Shown here piece by piece: positions 62,642 to 64,000 of a stretch of DNA of 64,000 nucleotides. The notes under the pieces were generated by a model. That model worked only from the letters and a program-made list of their open reading frames with translations. It was not told the origin of the DNA and did not search any database. The translations under genes were made by a program, and so were the position numbers. Every line of letters starts with the position of its first letter. Position 1 is the stretch's first letter. The stretch spans positions 24,924,001 to 24,988,000 of the forward strand of contig CM069164.1 in assembly GCA_035221665.1 (NCBI GenBank). The letters run 5' to 3'. Source of the DNA: Okamejei kenojei. Taxonomy: Eukaryota.

Positions 62642-64000
62642 TAGGTTGTTTTCTAAAGCACTCAGTATTTAGTATCCATCACAATTTCTGGGAGTATGAG
62701 GCAATTAACTCCAATCTATACAAGGCCCTAAATTAGCAATAATTTTCACAAATGTGAAATTGTGACCACAAGGGAAAAGAAAACACCACATTCTCTTGTC
62801 TTAAATGTCAACATCACCCCTTGATGGAAAATGACACAATAACTGATCAGAAATGTAATTAGAAAAGCCATGTCAACATTTTGACTGGTCTACTTCATTA
62901 CATTGTGATGTTCAAAACCATTCTTCACCATCAACTAGACCCATGTCAGTACTGTGATAAACACTCACTACTAGTTTTCATAGGAACAACCACATAACAT
63001 TCAGGCAGAGCAGTTTGCTGCTCTCAACCCTAGAAAAATGATACGTCCATTTTTCTAAATGGAATTGCTTAATTCCAAAATAATGCCGAAAAACGATTCC
63101 ATAGCTTTCTCCACATTTATTGGAAATGCTGTTTATCCAAAACACAAATGCTGCAACATTAGACTCTAATCTTTTGATCACCATGAAAGCACTGAACCAT
63201 CATCTTATCCAAGAATGAATCACTTAATTGGCCCTTGACAGGCTACTTCTGCTTCATGACTAATTGTAATCCACATTTGTATTGCAATGGGCTCCCTGCA
63301 TGGATTATCCACAGATGGTGCCAGCTATCTAGTACTTTTTGTAGATGTAGAAGTCTGGGCAGGAGGATATTCCTCACGTGACAAGCGAATCAGGCAGTGT
63401 CCCCTGCTGCAAATAAGCCTCGGGAGGCCTATCCTTAGGTTCCCTCTCTGAACTGTGTTGACAGCTTTTCTTAGATTGCTCCTAGTTAAAATTAGTGAAA
63501 TTAATTAATTAAATATGCAATCCCAACATGGCTCATAGTGAAACATTATTCATCACATTTTTCTCCCTGTGCTCCTAATCCCACCCTCTGCCATCGCCAA
63601 ATACATCAACGGTCTTGTATAAATCACAATAATGCTTTAATTATAAGAAATACCCAACTATTTTTGTTGTTGAGCCCAGACTGCGTAGATCGATATCCTA
63701 TAACTTCAGCACTCTTATTAGCACCACCAACCCAGGTGGAAATCTGCAAACCTTTGGCACCCCAATGCAAGATTATTATTTGTGTTATCTGTGTTACCTA
63801 TCATATGCCTTACCACTGTTAGTGAGCACAGTGTAACACGCAAAGCATCAGTGGAAAGTCAATGAACGTGGAGTATTGTGTTTTCTTAAAGGTGCTGCAT
63901 TGAAGCTTGCACTGACACCATATTGGAATGAATAGAAGCCTAACCGATAGAAAGTCCCAGAAAGATAAACAGAACATTTTCAGTTGGTAAAGTGTAACTG

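Noticed and set aside
56123-64000. Upstream GALK2 exons (e.g. the WHNYFLCG exon)
   Set aside because: Not found by eye. They probably lie beyond the window or possibly in the N gap.

Overview
Vertebrate genomic DNA, most likely a cartilaginous fish (skate/ray-like; inferred from the repeat families). Two genes converge tail-to-tail. On the minus strand are the last six coding exons of GALK2 (N-acetylgalactosamine kinase; 56119 down to the stop at 22888). On the plus strand are six 3' coding exons of a FAM227B-like gene (8694 to a probable stop at 22626). The rest is intron, dense with CR1 LINE fragments, tRNA-derived V-SINE/HE1-like SINEs, Rex1/Babar-like 3' ends, PIF/Harbinger-like MITEs and about two dozen short Penelope-derived elements. 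Most notable: (1) the Penelope-derived short elements carry a minimal hammerhead-ribozyme motif, and several sit between their own 8-16 bp target-site duplications, i.e. a retrozyme-like family; (2) a minor-spliceosome AT-AC intron in FAM227B (12899-18618); (3) only 261 bp between the two stop codons, which implies sense-antisense overlap. Exon boundaries were read by hand from splice motifs and frame. Repeat boundaries are approximate, and family names come from recalled motifs, not from a database search.
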